A stretch of DNA of 64,000 nucleotides from the human T2T-CHM13v2.0 reference genome, Homo sapiens, in assembly GCF_009914755.1 (NCBI RefSeq), contig NC_060935.1, one strand, 5' to 3'. A model generated the notes under the pieces. The model searched no databases and was not told the origin of the DNA. It saw only the letters and a program-made list of their open reading frames with translations. Positions 1-15,080 of this stretch are shown one piece after another (position 1 is the stretch's first letter; every line of letters starts with the position of its first letter). The position numbers and the translations under genes are program-made.

Positions 1-248
1 TTATGTCAGATTGGTGGGATGCTCGGGTAGGGAAGCATCCAGGTTTCAGGAAGAGCATTTGCAAAGGCTGGGAGGTATAAGGAACCGAGAGGAAATGTTT
101 TGGTGCTAAAGGAGAGGATGGCTAAAGAAAGATGAGGCTGTAGAGATTGCTGGGCCATCTGAGGGCCTTCAGACGCTCAGAATGCACTATAGGCTGTGGA
201 ATGGCTATTGCAAAAACACTAAGAAGGTTTTCCTAGCCAAAGCACATC

Positions 249-783
249 TGTTACTGGAAAAGGGGTCCCAATCCAGACCCCAAGAGAGGGTTCTTGAATC
301 TCGTACAAGAAAGAATTCTTGGTGAATCCATAAAGTGAAAGCAAGTTTATTAGGAATGAAGAATGGCTACTCCATAGGTAGAGCAGCCCCAAGGGCTGCT
401 GATTGCCCATTTTTATGGTTATTTCTTGATTATATGCTAAACAAAGAATGGATTATCCATGCCTCCCCTTTTTAGACCATATAGGTTAACTTCCTGATTT
501 TGCCATGGCATTCGTAAACTGTCATGGCCCTGGTGGGATTGTAGCAGTGAGGATGACCAGAGGTCACTCGCATCACCATCTTCGTTTTGGTAGGTTTTAG
601 CTGACTTCTTTACTGCAACCAGTTTTATCAGCAAGGTCTTTATGTCCTGTATCTTGTTCTGACCTCCTATCTCATCCTGTGAGTTAGAATGCCTAATTTG
701 GGAATGCAGCCCAGCAGGTCTCAGCCTTATTTTACCCAGTCCCTATTCAAGATGGAGTTGCTCTGGTTCAGATATCTCTGACA
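249..783 (-). mobile_element. MER41A-type ERV1 solo LTR
   Basis: Minus strand reads TGTCAGAG...CAGTAACA and matches the recalled MER41 consensus. Length is 535 bp with 4-bp flanks CATC/TATC. It lacks the GAS-containing block of MER41B. Confidence 0.85.
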
Positions 784-958
784 TATCCAATTTCTCTTAA
801 ATATGAGTAGATTTTGTACTTTAAATGAACAGACTTTTAAATATATTTTCTAAATGAAAATTTAAGAGAAAAAAAAATACTGGTATAGTGTCACTCGTTT
901 TTTGAGAATACAGACCATATCAGTGTTTAAACAACCAGTCTCTGTTTTTCAGTTTTCT

Positions 959-1145
959 ATGATTCTCAAAGTGCAATCCCCAGACCAGAGGAGTCAGCAT
1001 GGGCATCACATGGGAATTCATTGGAAATGCAAATTTCGGACCCCACCCCAGATCTATTGAGTCAGAAACTGGGGTGGAGCTCAGCAATCTATTTTAACAA
1101 GTCCTCCAGGTATTTCTGATGCACACTAAGATTGGAGAACCACTG
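959..1145. mobile_element. MER5A hAT-Charlie MITE
   Basis: TTCTCAAAGTG...GAAATGCAAATT...TTTAACAAG...GAGAACCACTG terminal structure. Confidence 0.75.
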
Positions 1146-1251
1146 GTCTAAGAGTCAGTCTTCATGCCATACCAACACGATCTAAGTGGAATGCTTTTCT
1201 GGGGTTTTGGGACAGGGTCAAGTAAGCACCATTTAAAAATCAACGTTTAAT

Positions 1252-1552
1252 GCCAGGCGAGGTGGCTCAAGCCTGTAATCCCATCACTTTGGGAGGCCGA
1301 GGTGGGCGGATCATGAGGTCAGGAGTTTGAGACCAGCCTGGCCAACATGTTGAAACCCCATCTCTACTAAAAATACAAAAATAACCAGGTATAGCGGCGC
1401 ACACCTGTAATCCCAGCTACTTAGGAGGCTGAGGCAGGAGAATTGCTTGAATCCAGGAGGCAGAGGTTGCAGTGAGCTGAGACAGCACAACTGCACTTTA
1501 GCCTGGGTGACAGAGCGAGACTCCATCTCAAAAAAAAAAAAAAAAAAAAAAA
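1252..1552 (+). mobile_element. AluS (Sg-like)
   Basis: Full dimeric Alu with A-rich linker and poly(A) tail. Confidence 0.95.
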
Positions 1553-4276
1553 TACAAAACGTGTGTACATAGAAAAAGGTCAACTGGCAAGAATAAGGCC
1601 AAAATATTAAAGAAGTTAGCGCTATATGGTGGTTATGAGCCCCTTGTTCTTTTAGTTTTCTGCAGTGACCCTGAATGATTTTTTAACCAAAGCAAAGTTT
1701 TTATTTTAAAGTAATGTAAGGATGAGTATGCTTGGATCTAGAAAAATAACAAAAGTGTAAAAAATGTCTTATCTCCAATAAAAGGTGAGGGTTCATTCAT
1801 TCTGAATTTTTAGCTTGAGACAATTTTTCTTGTGAGTCGGGAACAACAATTTACTAGGCTGCTATGTCCCTTGAAATTGTCCAGGTTTTTTTTGTTGTGT
1901 GTTTGGTGGACTTGGTAAATACTTCCACCCTTACCAGTTTCTAACTTGGTCTTTCTCTGATGACCTTGCCAACCCCCGAATATACATCCTGTCCATATAA
2001 TAAGTAATCACTCCTCCAGCTAGCTTAGTTTTCCTTTGTGATTCCCATTATAATGCTATGTTGGCATTCTCATTTATAAATCAAGTAACTGAGTTTATAG
2101 AGAATCAGCTCTCACAGAGACTGCTCAACTCATAGTAGACTGAGAAGGTATTTCTGGCCCTTAAAGCTGAGTTCTAGAGCCTGTGCTATGGGAACGTCTA
2201 ACTACCATAGCATGGTACCAACAGTTGAAAGTATTGCTAATTTTCAAATGTCTTATTAGAAGAAATCTGAAATAATCAAGATTCTTTTGCCTTAACCTCT
2301 ATGAAAACGGCCTAACCTACCCCATTACATTAAAAACACCAATTTACATTTTTTTCCTCTATTTGATGTATGAGCATTCTTACAGGGCAGGGCCTATTTT
2401 TTAAGGTACCTGGCACACAGAAGTTACTCAATGAATATTTCGTCTTAACTGTAGAATGAAGTTTGTCCTTCCTTCCATCAGTCACAGGATTCTTAAGCTT
2501 CCTGCTTATATATAAGATTTTGCAATCAACACTTTGCCAAGAAGGGTATAAAAGTTAACACCACTAACTCTTTTGTTGTTGGTCACCTAGAGATGTTAAC
2601 GCAACATGTAATGCAAATACCCCATGTTAGAAACTCCACAGTTGACAAACTTTACTGTCTTTTATTCAATAAGCATTGATTAGCTGTTTGTGGTCCATTA
2701 ATGTAAAATCATGCTAAGTGCTCTTTTCTAAATTGTTAACATCATAATCAAAGTACTAACAGATGCCTTTATACCTCCAGGATTTTTCTTTGAAGACATT
2801 TTTCCAAAGAGATCTAGTTGTCTAGATTGAGGGGCAACTTAATTTCTGGTTTATGGGTAGGTTTGATGACTCCGCTGAGCTCAGTAGTGCTGAAGTGGTT
2901 AGGAGGGTGGGCTGTGCATGTGACACCTGACAGAACACAGTAGATGGAACACTGCCCTGCCTATATCATCTGCCTTCTGCAATATGCCAGAATGCATCTT
3001 ATAGACCTGCATTGATTTTTTTATTTTTCCCCCATCTGGTACAAGAGACAGTATGCAGTGCACTGTAAGAACTGCCTACCTTGCTCTGAGATTCACCAGA
3101 CTTCAAGCCTTAGTTCCCTCAGTATTCAATATTGTTCTAACTCATACCGCATTATAAACACCCTTCTGCCTCTCATGAATTGTCAGATATACTTCACCTG
3201 CAAGTACATTGTATATATCCATACTCTGTTAGTTTTACTAGACCACTAGATTCTGGGTTATCACAGAGTAAATGGATAGTTCTTAAGTAAATGTCAGTAC
3301 TTGGGTCCTCGACTACTCAGAAATCCTCCTTGGCACTAGGTAGACAGTAGTATCAAAAACACACAAAAACCATCCTGTAGGAGGAAAATGGAAGAGCCCG
3401 TTAGAGCAGAAAGGAAATCTTTTTTTCACTTAGTGGAGAAAAATGCAAGGGGAAAATGTTGACTTTTAGGCATTCTAAAACTCCAGTTCACAGGCTTTTT
3501 TACAAAGCCTGAGTATATTGTATAAACCTAGCTTCATCTCTTTGAAAACCACTTATACTTGTTTGCCTACCCTGGTCTCATTTGCTATTCTTCTTTTTGT
3601 CACATAGTTCCTTGACTGATCCTGTCTGCTCGTGCCTTCCCCATCTCCCATTTGAAAGCTCCCTTGCCAGCTGTAATGAGCCTCCCAGGATCAGCTGGCA
3701 TTCTTCTTCCAGGGGACTGGGCTCCTATAAGGTCCACATACAAGAAGAATGACACTTTTGGAAATAACCAAGCAGTTAAAGATTAGTGTTGAAAGGGATT
3801 CTTAAAAAGCATTGAATATTGCTAACTTGCTTTACCCTTGAAGAGTCAGTGGTAAAATTGGAGTCAGTATATATATATTATATATAATGTTAATATATAT
3901 ATCCTATTCCTTTTATGTCACATAACTCAGCAAAAAAAAGTGCTGTCAGAGAATATTGGTTTGTGGGGGGAGACCTTTTCTGAAACCTAATAGTTTTTAA
4001 AAAGCAGAAAAGGTTTGTCAAACATTATGCTTATTTAATTCTTCTTTAATTCAGATGATTTCTCTGAGCTCACACTCTTCACATTATTGCTAGGGTTCTT
4101 GAAGAATCAGATCGTAAGTTTATAAAGCCCCAAACTGAAAATGCCATCTCATTGGATGATACCAATCACTTTGCAATCCACAAGCTCAGAGTTCATTCTA
4201 GCTAACCCCCAAACCAGGATCTGGCCAGGTCAAAATTACTGGCTAACTTTTTAAACATAGAGTTTCCCTGGACTGA

Positions 4277-4639
<363 letters not shown>

Positions 4640-5158
4640 TGACCCCTAGAGTTTGTGATTAGAGAAAAGCCCAGGGATCTGAATTTTAAAATTCTCTCCC
4701 AGTGACTCTGATGATCCAGATTTGATTGTCTCTGCCCTAAGCCAGTGGTATGCAGCAGGATCATCTGAAGAGCTCCATATACATAGAGGTGTCTAGGAGC
4801 CATGTATCCCAGACAACTGGGACGCAGACTAGACATTTATAATAATCCTTGTGGGTGATTTGACATACTTAGGGTATTTAAGAGCCACCCAAACCTTTTC
4901 AAGAAATGTTTTGCCACTCTTGGGAAAAAAATTTCAGCATTTTTTCCAAATAAGACAAAAGTAGATGACAACAGTATACACAATTTCAGTTCTTTAGCAT
5001 TTTTTCAGCAAATTCCACTGCCATTTTAGTATAAACATTCTGCTGTTTTTGTAAATAAATATACCTTATCTGCATCTCTAACATACTATTCCATAGTAAC
5101 TCCAGAGCAGAAGTACCTGGTCACTTCTAAAATTTAAAAAATAATATAATAATATAAT

Positions 5159-5362
5159 ACCAGCCTGGGAAATATAGTGAGACTCTGTCTCTACAAAAAA
5201 ATAAAGAATTAGCCTGGCATGGTGGTATGTGCCTGTTGTCCCAGTTACTAGAGGTGGGGGTGGGTAGGGCTGGGGAGCTGAACACAGGAAATCAAGGCAT
5301 GATCACACCACTGCACTCTGGCCTGGGCGACAGAGAGAAACCCTGTCTAAAAGAACAAAAAA
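5159..5362 (+). mobile_element. 5'-truncated, diverged AluJ
   Basis: End of left arm, linker and degenerate right arm. Confidence 0.8.
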
Positions 5363-5399
5363 CTGTGATAACAAAACTCTTCCATAAGGATAGAGAAGC

Positions 5400-5595
5400 A
5401 GAACTGTATTGTGGAAAGAGAGAGACTGACTAGGTATAAATTCACTGCCAGTTACCAGCTGTGTGGTCATGGATAAGTCATTTAGCCTCTCAGCTTCAGT
5501 TTCCACATCTGTAAAATACCTACCTGGGAAGGTGGTTGTAAGCATTTAAATGGTACAATGAATAGAAAGTGTGTGGTACATAGTAAGTATTCAGT
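5400..5595 (+). mobile_element. MIR SINE
   Basis: MIR core CTCTCAGCTTCAGTTTCCACATCTGTAAAAT. Confidence 0.75.
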
Positions 5596-6561
5596 AACTC
5601 TTCCCTCAGAATCACCAAAAAAAGTCCCAAACTATAAAAGGAATTATATTAGAATTATACAAATGCAACCTAATTTATATTTTCCACTTTTACGCTATGG
5701 TTTTCCAATTTCTAACATTTTATTTCTATCACATTTTCTTTTTTAAAACTATTTTTAAGGATTACGGATTCTGAAATTTTGAGAAAAAATAGAAAACATT
5801 AGTTCCCTTTTCTGTTTGTGGTGTTAATAATAATATCTCTTTCCTTGAGCACCTCCCCTACTGTGGCTTTTCTGCAGCCAGCAGTTCTTGGCCTCACAGA
5901 TAGAGAAGATCCTTCCAATCTTTCCCACCCAACGACACAATTCCTACTACTTCTCCCACAGGCAGAAGAATTCCTCAGTTTGCAGCTTCCAAATTATCCA
6001 TCCCATGGTTTTTTTTTTGTTAGCCAGACCTCCAGACAACTCACCCTCTTTCCCACCTCCAGTGGTCTGTAGGCAGCCAGTTTTCAAGCAAACAAGGGTT
6101 TGTCTTCCCTTCTGGGGTTGAGAAATTTACAGAATGTAACTTGGGCCCTATTTGTTTCCCAAGAACATTTTGGGAGTTTCCCTCCTTTTGCATGTATTTA
6201 AAAGAGATAAACCTGAAACACAAAATAATTTGATTTTTCTAATTGTGTAACTTGGCTCCCAAGAACATTTCACATTCCACTAGCCTTATAGTCCTCCAGG
6301 CTGAAAAATTATAGGCACAGGAGGAGCAGTGGCTTATAATTCATAAAAACTTTAAGCTGTCCGGGAAACAAGCTCCCAGCTAACTGAAACAGGAAGGAAA
6401 TCATCCACTTAGCTGCGTATGCATCTAAAATCTTGAAATTGATCTAGGTTCCTTCCTCAGGACAAAAATCTATGCCAGAATAATTTCACTTACAACTAGA
6501 AATTGCAAAACATGTGTTTAGAAATTGTTAAATCACAGGTTCTTAGCTCTAGTTTTGGGTC

Positions 6562-6856
<295 letters not shown>

Positions 6857-7139
6857 ATAGTTACGATTTGGGTCTTGTTGCTCCAGGCATTCCATCAGCT
6901 TTCTCAGCCATTCTCATTTTCAAAGGAGTGTGTATGATGTTTCCACAGTCAGTTGCCAGGGTTTTTTCCTAGGCTAATTTACTCTTTTTTTCCATTACAG
7001 TTCAAATGAATACATTCACAAAATAAACTTGGTTATCTTTTATCTTTTTTCCTTGGCTAGAACTTCCTAGTTATTTCAACTGAGGTGAGTTTCTAATTCT
7101 GATTCAATCCCCACCCTAACCTCCTTCCCCTAAAAGGAG

Positions 7140-7600
7140 GGTTCCTATGCTCAGTGTTCCCCCTTCACCCCTGCAGAACCCTCTTCTCTCTTTTCCACAC
7201 TGCTCTTTGCCACGGCAAGCTGACCTTTGTGGATGACACATTTGGGTTCCCTTGCCTTCTGGCTTCCGGTGAGGTTCAGCCAATGAGGGGTATTGGCAGG
7301 AGCAGAGGACCGGAGAGAGGACTGAAGGGTTATTCCTGTCACTCCCTATGGGCTCTGGCTTAGCAGTGGTTGCCTTCCTCTACCAAATGCCAGTGCTTCC
7401 ATAAGGTGGCCCTACTCTTAAGGCTACACATTTCTCAGAGTTTCAATAACTGCCACCTCCCTTTGCCCTGACATTCTCCTCATTGTGTTTCACCATCTCT
7501 TGTTGGGTGCCATGACCCTACTCACACGTTTGTAAACAGTCGTTTCCTTAAACTCTGTTACTTTTCTGAGGATGCTGCTTCCTGCTGGACTCGGGTACAG
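7140..7600 (-). mobile_element. ancient ERVL LTR (LTR33-like)
   Basis: GCTGACC...CCCTTGCCTTCTGGCTTCCGGT...CAGCCAATG motif. Similar to the element at 28190-28640. Confidence 0.55.
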
Positions 7601-7902
7601 CTCCTCATATACATCTTGGTAGTGCTGGTTCAAGACACCAAATATGACGGAATAAAGCCTGTTGACCAGTCTTGACAAAAATTGTCACTGCCTTTTTCTG
7701 TTTTTCAAATTGGCGAGTACTTTCCCTGTCAATACCTGATGTACCATGAGGACACCATCATTACATGGGAATCATGTATGCTGTTTCACGTGTCACTGTA
7801 TGGAAGAGTGCCGAGACCACAGATTTGGTCAGTCCACCAACATCCAGAAACCAAATTCTTTGCCTTCACAAACTTCTTTTCTACCCAGTCTGAAAGTCAT
7901 AG

Positions 7903-8289
<387 letters not shown>

Positions 8290-8760
8290 GGGAATCATTC
8301 TTAAATCTTCTCTCTCCTTATACTAAATAGTGCATAAGTCACCACATGTTTTCCACCCTAGTCCCTTAACTTTCTTACATCTTCACCACTACTACTGTGA
8401 TTCAGAAAACCAACACTTCTCTTACATGGAGTATAACATCTTTGTAACTGGTCTTTGTGCCTCTAGCGGGGTTCCTTTCCAAAGCATGCTGTTTTCAGCA
8501 GCCAGAATAATCTTTCTGAATCACAAATCTGATCATCCCTTTTGTATACCAGCCCCAGGATCAAGTCCATACTTCATAAACAATTTCTAAGCTCATTATG
8601 GTCTGGACAATAGCTTCTCATGTCTCACATTTTTCTTACTTCTCACGCCCCAAGCACTTTTCATTCCACCAAAATTCTAGTCTCTTTCTTGCCTTCATCA
8701 TTATGTTCTTCTGCCTGCAAAGTTCTGTCTACTTTCACCTGTCTTTCAAGTTTCAATGTG
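8290..8760. mobile_element. L2 fragment
   Basis: CAGCAGCCAGAATAATCTTTCTGAATCACAAATCTGATCAT motif typical of the L2 3' region. Confidence 0.55.
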
Positions 8761-9439
8761 GGCATCATGCCTGTATCAGGAATGCTTTCAACTGCAAATA
8801 TCTAGAAGCCCAGGCTGCAGTTAATTGTTTTTTATGTGAGAAGTCTGGAAAGTGGCAGTGGCTAGCATTGACTCACTGTATTTTTATTTTTATCACTATT
8901 ACTTTTAATAGAAATTATTATTTATTTATAACAGTAAGATTAGTCTTTTAAATTATTGCTCCTATGGTTCTGATAAAACTCTATTCCACATTCTCATTCT
9001 CCTGGTCCAAACCAGGGATCACAAAGAACCAGGTTTTATCTGACGTTTTTGCAAATCGGCTAGTTAATAGCTGATATCTGTGTTAAGAAAACTGTTAAGG
9101 CCCAAGAGGGGCTCAGCAAAAGAGAATGCCATGCATGATCGTTTAGTCATGTCTGTCACGGGTGCAGAAAACAAAAACATGACAATGTGTGCTATGTATC
9201 TGCCATTTTTTGTCAAACTTATGTATCTGTAAGTGGCCTGGTGTTAATACAGTTTTCCATTTACCTTGTCAGGATGGAAAAGGACGGTTCTAGAACAGGA
9301 AAAACATTGTGATTATTTGCCTTTAATCTGTGGAGCTGGTGAATTATTCCACTTTAAATGATAAAACCTCACATTTCTAGGATTAAACTCAATTAGTCAT
9401 GTTATACTAGCTTTCATATAGACCACTAAATTTATTTGG

Positions 9440-9561
9440 CTAATATTTTGACTTATCATAGTATACTTTCAATTAATGTTACACCACCTAACATATAAGA
9501 GCCTTACAATAGTATATTTCCATTTATCTCCTCCCTATTTTGTGCTCCACTGTGGTCAACC

Positions 9562-9593
<32 letters not shown>

Positions 9594-11450
9594 CCAAATG
9601 GTACACAGAGGTGCAATACATAGTTAATATTTTGTTTAAATAATCAACTGTTTTTCTTGTAATGAACTTAAACAATAATAAAAACATTTCTGAAGTTTTT
9701 TGTTCCAAAACTCCATGGTCAATTCATATTTCCAACTGCTGACATTTCCCTTCAGCCTGAAAACATTAACATTTCTTGTAGTATATAGCTTTGCTGGTGA
9801 TGAATTTCATCAGCTTTTTTTCTTTATTTGGAAATGTCTTTATTTTTCTATATTTTTATTTATCTCTGGAAAAAATTCTAGGTTGACAATTTTTTCCTTA
9901 TTACTTTAAATATTAATGCATCATTCTATTTTCTTTTTATCTCTGTTGCTTCCCATAAAAAATCAGTGATTATTCTTAGGATTGGTCTCCTATATGTACT
10001 ACACCCTTTTTCTCTGGCTGCTTTATTTTACTTCCAGCAATTTAACTATAATGGATGTGTTAAGGTTTTTTTTTTTTTTTTTTTTTTTTTAATGTTTATG
10101 CTGCTTAGGTTTTATTGAGCTTCTTCTGGGGTCTAGGGGTTTATAGTTTTTATTTCATTTAGAAAAATTTGGCCATAAAAAAATTTTTTTTCTGTACCAA
10201 TCTCACCCCCTTTTATGCTGAGACTTCGTGTATACATATATTAGACCCTTTAGTGTTACCTCATGGGTTACTCAGTCTATGTTTAATTTTTCATTTCTTT
10301 TTCTCTTTGTGCTTTGGTTTGGATAGTTTTTAATGACCTGTCTTCAAGTTTACTGATTTTTTTTTGTAGTGTCCTATTTACTATTAAGTCCATCCAGTAA
10401 AATCTCATTTCAAATATTATAAATTTTAGTTCTAGAATTTTCATGTAATTATCTTTTTTTACTTTCAATTTTTCTATTGAGAGTCCCTATGCCCATCTAT
10501 TCCTTTGAATCTTGAATATATTTATAATAGCTGTTTTAAAGTCCTTGACTGCTGATTTTAACACATATGTTGGGGCTGGGTTTGGTAGCTCATACCTATC
10601 TATAATCCTAGCACTTTGGGAGGCCAAGGCAGGAAGATCACTTTAGGCCAGGAGTTCAAGATCACCCTGGGCAACATAGTGAGACCCCAACTCTACAAAA
10701 AATTTTTAAAAATTTGCCAAGTGTGATGGTATGCACCTGTAGTCCTAGCTATCCAAGAGACTGAAGTGGGAGGATCGCTTGAGCCTAGGAGTTTGAGGTC
10801 GCAGTGAACTATAATTTTGCCTGGGTGACAGAGTGAGACCCTGTTTTCAAAACAAAACAAAACATAAATATCCTGTCTGGGTCTGTTTCTTTGGACTTTT
10901 TTGTTTGTTGTTGTTGCTGCTGTTGCTATTGCTGTTCCTAATTATAGGTCCCGTTTTCCTGCTCCTTCTCATATCTAGTAATTATTATTGCTTGATGAAT
11001 ATTGTGGTTCTTGAACTCCCGGCCTCAAGTGATCCTTCTGCCTTGGCCTCCCCTTATTCTAAGACTAGAGCAGACCTACTCCAAAGGTATGGTCATTCCA
11101 AGCTTTCAACTGAATGCCTGGGGTACTCAGTGAAGTCTCTTTATTCTGGCTAGATGGAAGACCAGTATCTCCAGCAGTGTGCAAGCTTCAGAATTATAAT
11201 TTAGCTGATAGGGACCCCATTTGCTGTTTCTTGACAGGCCTGTGGTCTATTGCTCTGTGCATCTTCTGCTTAGCACTTGGGCAAAGACTCAAGGGGGCCC
11301 ATATGCAGATTTCAGGAGCTCCTTCCCTGTGTAACTCCCTCCATCTGGTATCCTAACCCTCAATTTCCAGCCATTTCAGCAGCTCCAGCCTCTGATCTGT
11401 TTCCTCCATGCAGGTGGACCATTGCTCTCCGTTAGTCTCCACTTTTCTGC
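9440..11450 (-). mobile_element. old L1M fragments (ORF1/5' region)
   Basis: T-rich strand. Minus ORF 10283-10468 (..KISKLEDRSLKTIQTKAQREKEMK) resembles the L1 ORF1 coiled-coil. Confidence 0.6.
10574..10865 (+). mobile_element. AluJ
   Basis: Dimeric Alu with AluJ features (GGATCGCTTGAGCCTAGGAGTTTGAGG) and (CAAAA)n tail. Confidence 0.9.
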
Positions 11451-12109
11451 CTACGTATATAGTCAGATCCATTTAGCTTTCATTTTAAGGGATCTGGGGA
11501 GTCACTCAGCTCCCAGCTTGGCCTCACTGGCTGGGCCCAGAGAACTTACTGTTGGCTCCCTGCTGGACAGAGAATGGTCCAAAGGCAACTAGGAAACCAC
11601 CCTGCCGTGTGAGGCTCTGCTTTGCTGTTTGTACCCTGCCAACATCTTCCTGGCTAGCCTGACTCACACTTCCCCTGGATTCTAAGCAGCCTGGTCCAAG
11701 CTGACAGTGTGTCACTAGGTAGAGAACACTTTTCCTTCCTCATCTTTTGACCCTCAATCTAATCTTGGTAGTGTTTCTGGCTGTCTGAACAAGGAAGTGC
11801 CTAATGTCTAGAAAGAAACCTGAAGCTTTCTTTGACTCACTAGGCAAGGGCAACAAGCTCCCTGTTGCCGATGTACCCTTTGCTAAGTTCACCTGCACCC
11901 TTAGGACTTTCAAACCAGAGAGCCCCACCAGAAGTCAGTATTAGAGAAAAGGGGAGACTGGAGGGAGTTTTAGCCTCTTCATAATCTCCACTAACATCCC
12001 CTAGCCTTCCCTTGTTATTCTTTGATAGGGATAATTTTTCTATCATAAAAAGCTTGCATATAAGCATTTTAGAAAATATTGCTACTTATATTGATCTGTA
12101 AGTTAAATA

Positions 12110-12520
12110 ATGTGGAGTTTGGGTTCTTCAGAATAGACTCTGGGTTGGGTTTAAATTTGGGCTCAAGATCTGTATGAGCGATCAATACCTGTGAAAAGAA
12201 GGGAGTGAAAGCTGGATTGGGCAAAGAAAGAAATCAAGCTGTGTTGCAGGCCTGATAAATTCTCAGTCCCACGGTGGGGAGCTCAGGAGTCAGTATTGCC
12301 TGTTAAAGTGTGGTGCATCAAGCTGCAATGGCTAAGCCTTGATACCCTACCTCTCTCAGGCGCCAGATAAAGACTGATGACTTTGAGCTTGGCAAATCTG
12401 CAGGTGAGGTAGACCTGGAAGGAGCTGACATTGAAGGCTGTCTGCTGGCTACATCTCCTGCAGTTAGGCAGCAAGCCCTTCTTCAAAGAGGAGTGCAGTG
12501 GTACATCTCTATTCCTACCA
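12110..12520 (-). mobile_element. ancient ERVL LTR (LTR40/41-like)
   Basis: GATCAATACCTGTG...GGATTGGGCA...CCCACGGTGGGGAGCTC motifs. Confidence 0.5.
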
Positions 12521-13619
12521 CACAAGAAACGGTTGCAATGGAAATGCAAATTTAAGACAGATCTTCTCGCTGACCTTTCCAACCTGCTTACCACTCCTAA
12601 GAGCCTCCTATTTAGAAAGTCTGGAGCCAACTGGACTCATCTTTTGAAACACCAGGAGGCAGTGAGGACTAGACTTATCACGGAGCCTCACTGAGAGGCA
12701 GTCAGAGCAGGGGTCACATGGCAGGCTCCAGCAGTGGTCAGTGCATGCATCCGCACATCTACCCATCTGTCCATCTTTCCATGTGTCTGTCCACAAATGG
12801 ACCCTGTGTCAGGTTCTTGGTCAGGGGCTGATGAGATAACTATGGCTCCAACACCTTCTCTATCTTCAAGGAACTCATAGTGACGGTGACATCGCCCGGA
12901 GCACAGCAACCCTCAGACAGGTGACTGCACCCTCAGCAAGAGGGCTTCAGCTAGTCAGATATTCACATAGCCTCTGAGCCCAGAAGCCAGTGTCAGGCAT
13001 TGAGAAGTCACTCCATGGGAGAAAGTACTAGTCATGAAGCCACAGGCAGGGCTGGGCAGGCAGTAACTGCCAAAGTAAGAGTCTAGGCCTGGTCTCAGGA
13101 GGCATGGGTGGGCACAGAAGAGCTAGGCCTTGGGCTCCATGGGAATCTTGCTGGTCCCAAAGCCTGAGGTGTCTGGGCACAGGATGCAGCTGAGCTTTGA
13201 GGAACTGGGGAAGCTGCAGTAAATCCAGAAGTGAGGGGTGACAATGATGTAGGGAAGATGTAGGAGTGGAATGAGGTCAGGGGCACCAGCAGTGGGTGTC
13301 TGTGACAGGTGGGAGGGCCACAGACTCAGAAAGCTTACGCTTTCACAAGACACTTTTCTTTTGGAGAAAAGTGAAAGGAAAAAGGGGATCAGCATGAACT
13401 CTCAGGTTGTTTTCTGCTGGGGCAAATTCTCTTGCACACAGGCAGTAGGGAAAGAAAACTAAAACCAAAGCACAACTTGTCTGAACAGCCCTGGTGGGCT
13501 GCTTTGCCCACTCCCCATGGTGGCCATTTTGTGCCTTCTCCACTCTCCACAAGTTCATAATCAGTCCAGATTCCTTCTCTCAAATAACAGAGAACATCGG
13601 TCATGAAACCCCTCTAACT

Positions 13620-15080
13620 TATAGACTCTGACCTACACCCTCCTGGGTCTCAGCCACATCCCTTCTCCTTCAAAGCCAGGCTCCCACCTGTGCTAATGTG
13701 CCCTTTTCCCCCTGACCATTCCAGGACATCTACCTATCAATTATTCCTTCTAGCCTTTTGCTGTCCACTTCCTTCCCTTTACCCTGGCAGCCTACTCAGA
13801 TATACTCCGTGGAGAGACAGGCACTCCCTGTACTGGCTCCTCCTCACACGAATGCCTCGTTGTTCTCTCCTTCCACCTCTAAACTTCAAAGAGTTGTCTA
13901 TCCTTTCTCTCTCAACTCCCTCCCTTGCCACCCACACTTCAGCACATTGCAATCTGGCTAGGCACATCTGATGCAGTCAGATGCAATCAGGACTTGCTAA
14001 AAATTAAGTCCTGATTGTATCTGACCTCTCGGCACCATTTGGTACTTTTGACCAATTCATTTCCTTGAATTTCTCCCTTCCTTTGACTGTACCTATCACA
14101 ATGATATCCCAATCTACTTTGTTGACTTTTTATTTTTATTTTTTGACCTCTCTTTACATATCAATGTCCCACAAAGCTCTGCCCTCAGCACTCTTCTGTC
14201 CTTTAGATGCTCTCCGGCAATAACCCATCCACAAACAAAATTTCCCCTCTGATGATCCCAAATCTATATCCTCAGCTCAGACACCTCTCCTGAGCTTCAG
14301 ATGCATACTTCCACAGGTCTACCTGTCAACTCCCAAAAGGTATCATAGACATCTTCAGAAAGGAACTTCCCATCTTCTAATTCTCCCTTCTACTATGTTA
14401 TCTCCCTTAGTCACTGGCTTCAATACATGTGGTTATTTAAGCCATAATCCTGAGAGCTGTCCTTCTCCTCTCTGCTTATCAACCTGCCCCAATCCTCATC
14501 CTTCTCCTCCTCCTGCTTCTCCTCTTCCTCTTCTTCCTTTTCCTCCTCCTGCTCTCCTTAACCACTGCTCAGCCCTGTTCCTTATAACCTCTTACCCCAA
14601 TCTTTCCAACAGCCTGCCTGGTAGGTCCACTCCTCCTCTTTGACATTGTTCAAATTTATTCTAGGTGACCAGAAGAATCTTTCTAAAGCGCACAGTTAAT
14701 CATCCTCTCCTCTGCTAAACACCTTCAATGGCCTCCCTGCTGCCTGAAAGTACAATCTCCTCAATGTCATCTATAAAACCATCTTTCATTTGGCTTCTGT
14801 TGACTCCTCCAACTTCGCCTCTCCTTCCCTGCCCTGCATTTTACACACCAGCAACACCAAGCTGATGCCTCTACAACTTTGCTTATGCTGTTCCTCCTGT
14901 CTGGAATGCCCTATCTGTATGTGATCCCTTCAACTTTTCCTATTAATTGCTTAAGGCTAATTTAGATGCCCCTCCTCCAAGATATACTTGTCTGGTTTAC
15001 ATGCCCTTTTCCTGTCTTGCAACTAGTTAGCTTTTGTCACTGCTACATTGTAGTTACATATGCACAAGAGTGTCCTAGTT
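13620..15080. mobile_element. L2 fragments
   Basis: Pyrimidine-rich L2 ORF2/3' signatures (CCCAAATCTATATCCTCAGC..CTCTCCTGAGCTTCAGA; TGCTGTTCCTCCTGTCTGGAATGCC). Confidence 0.6.
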
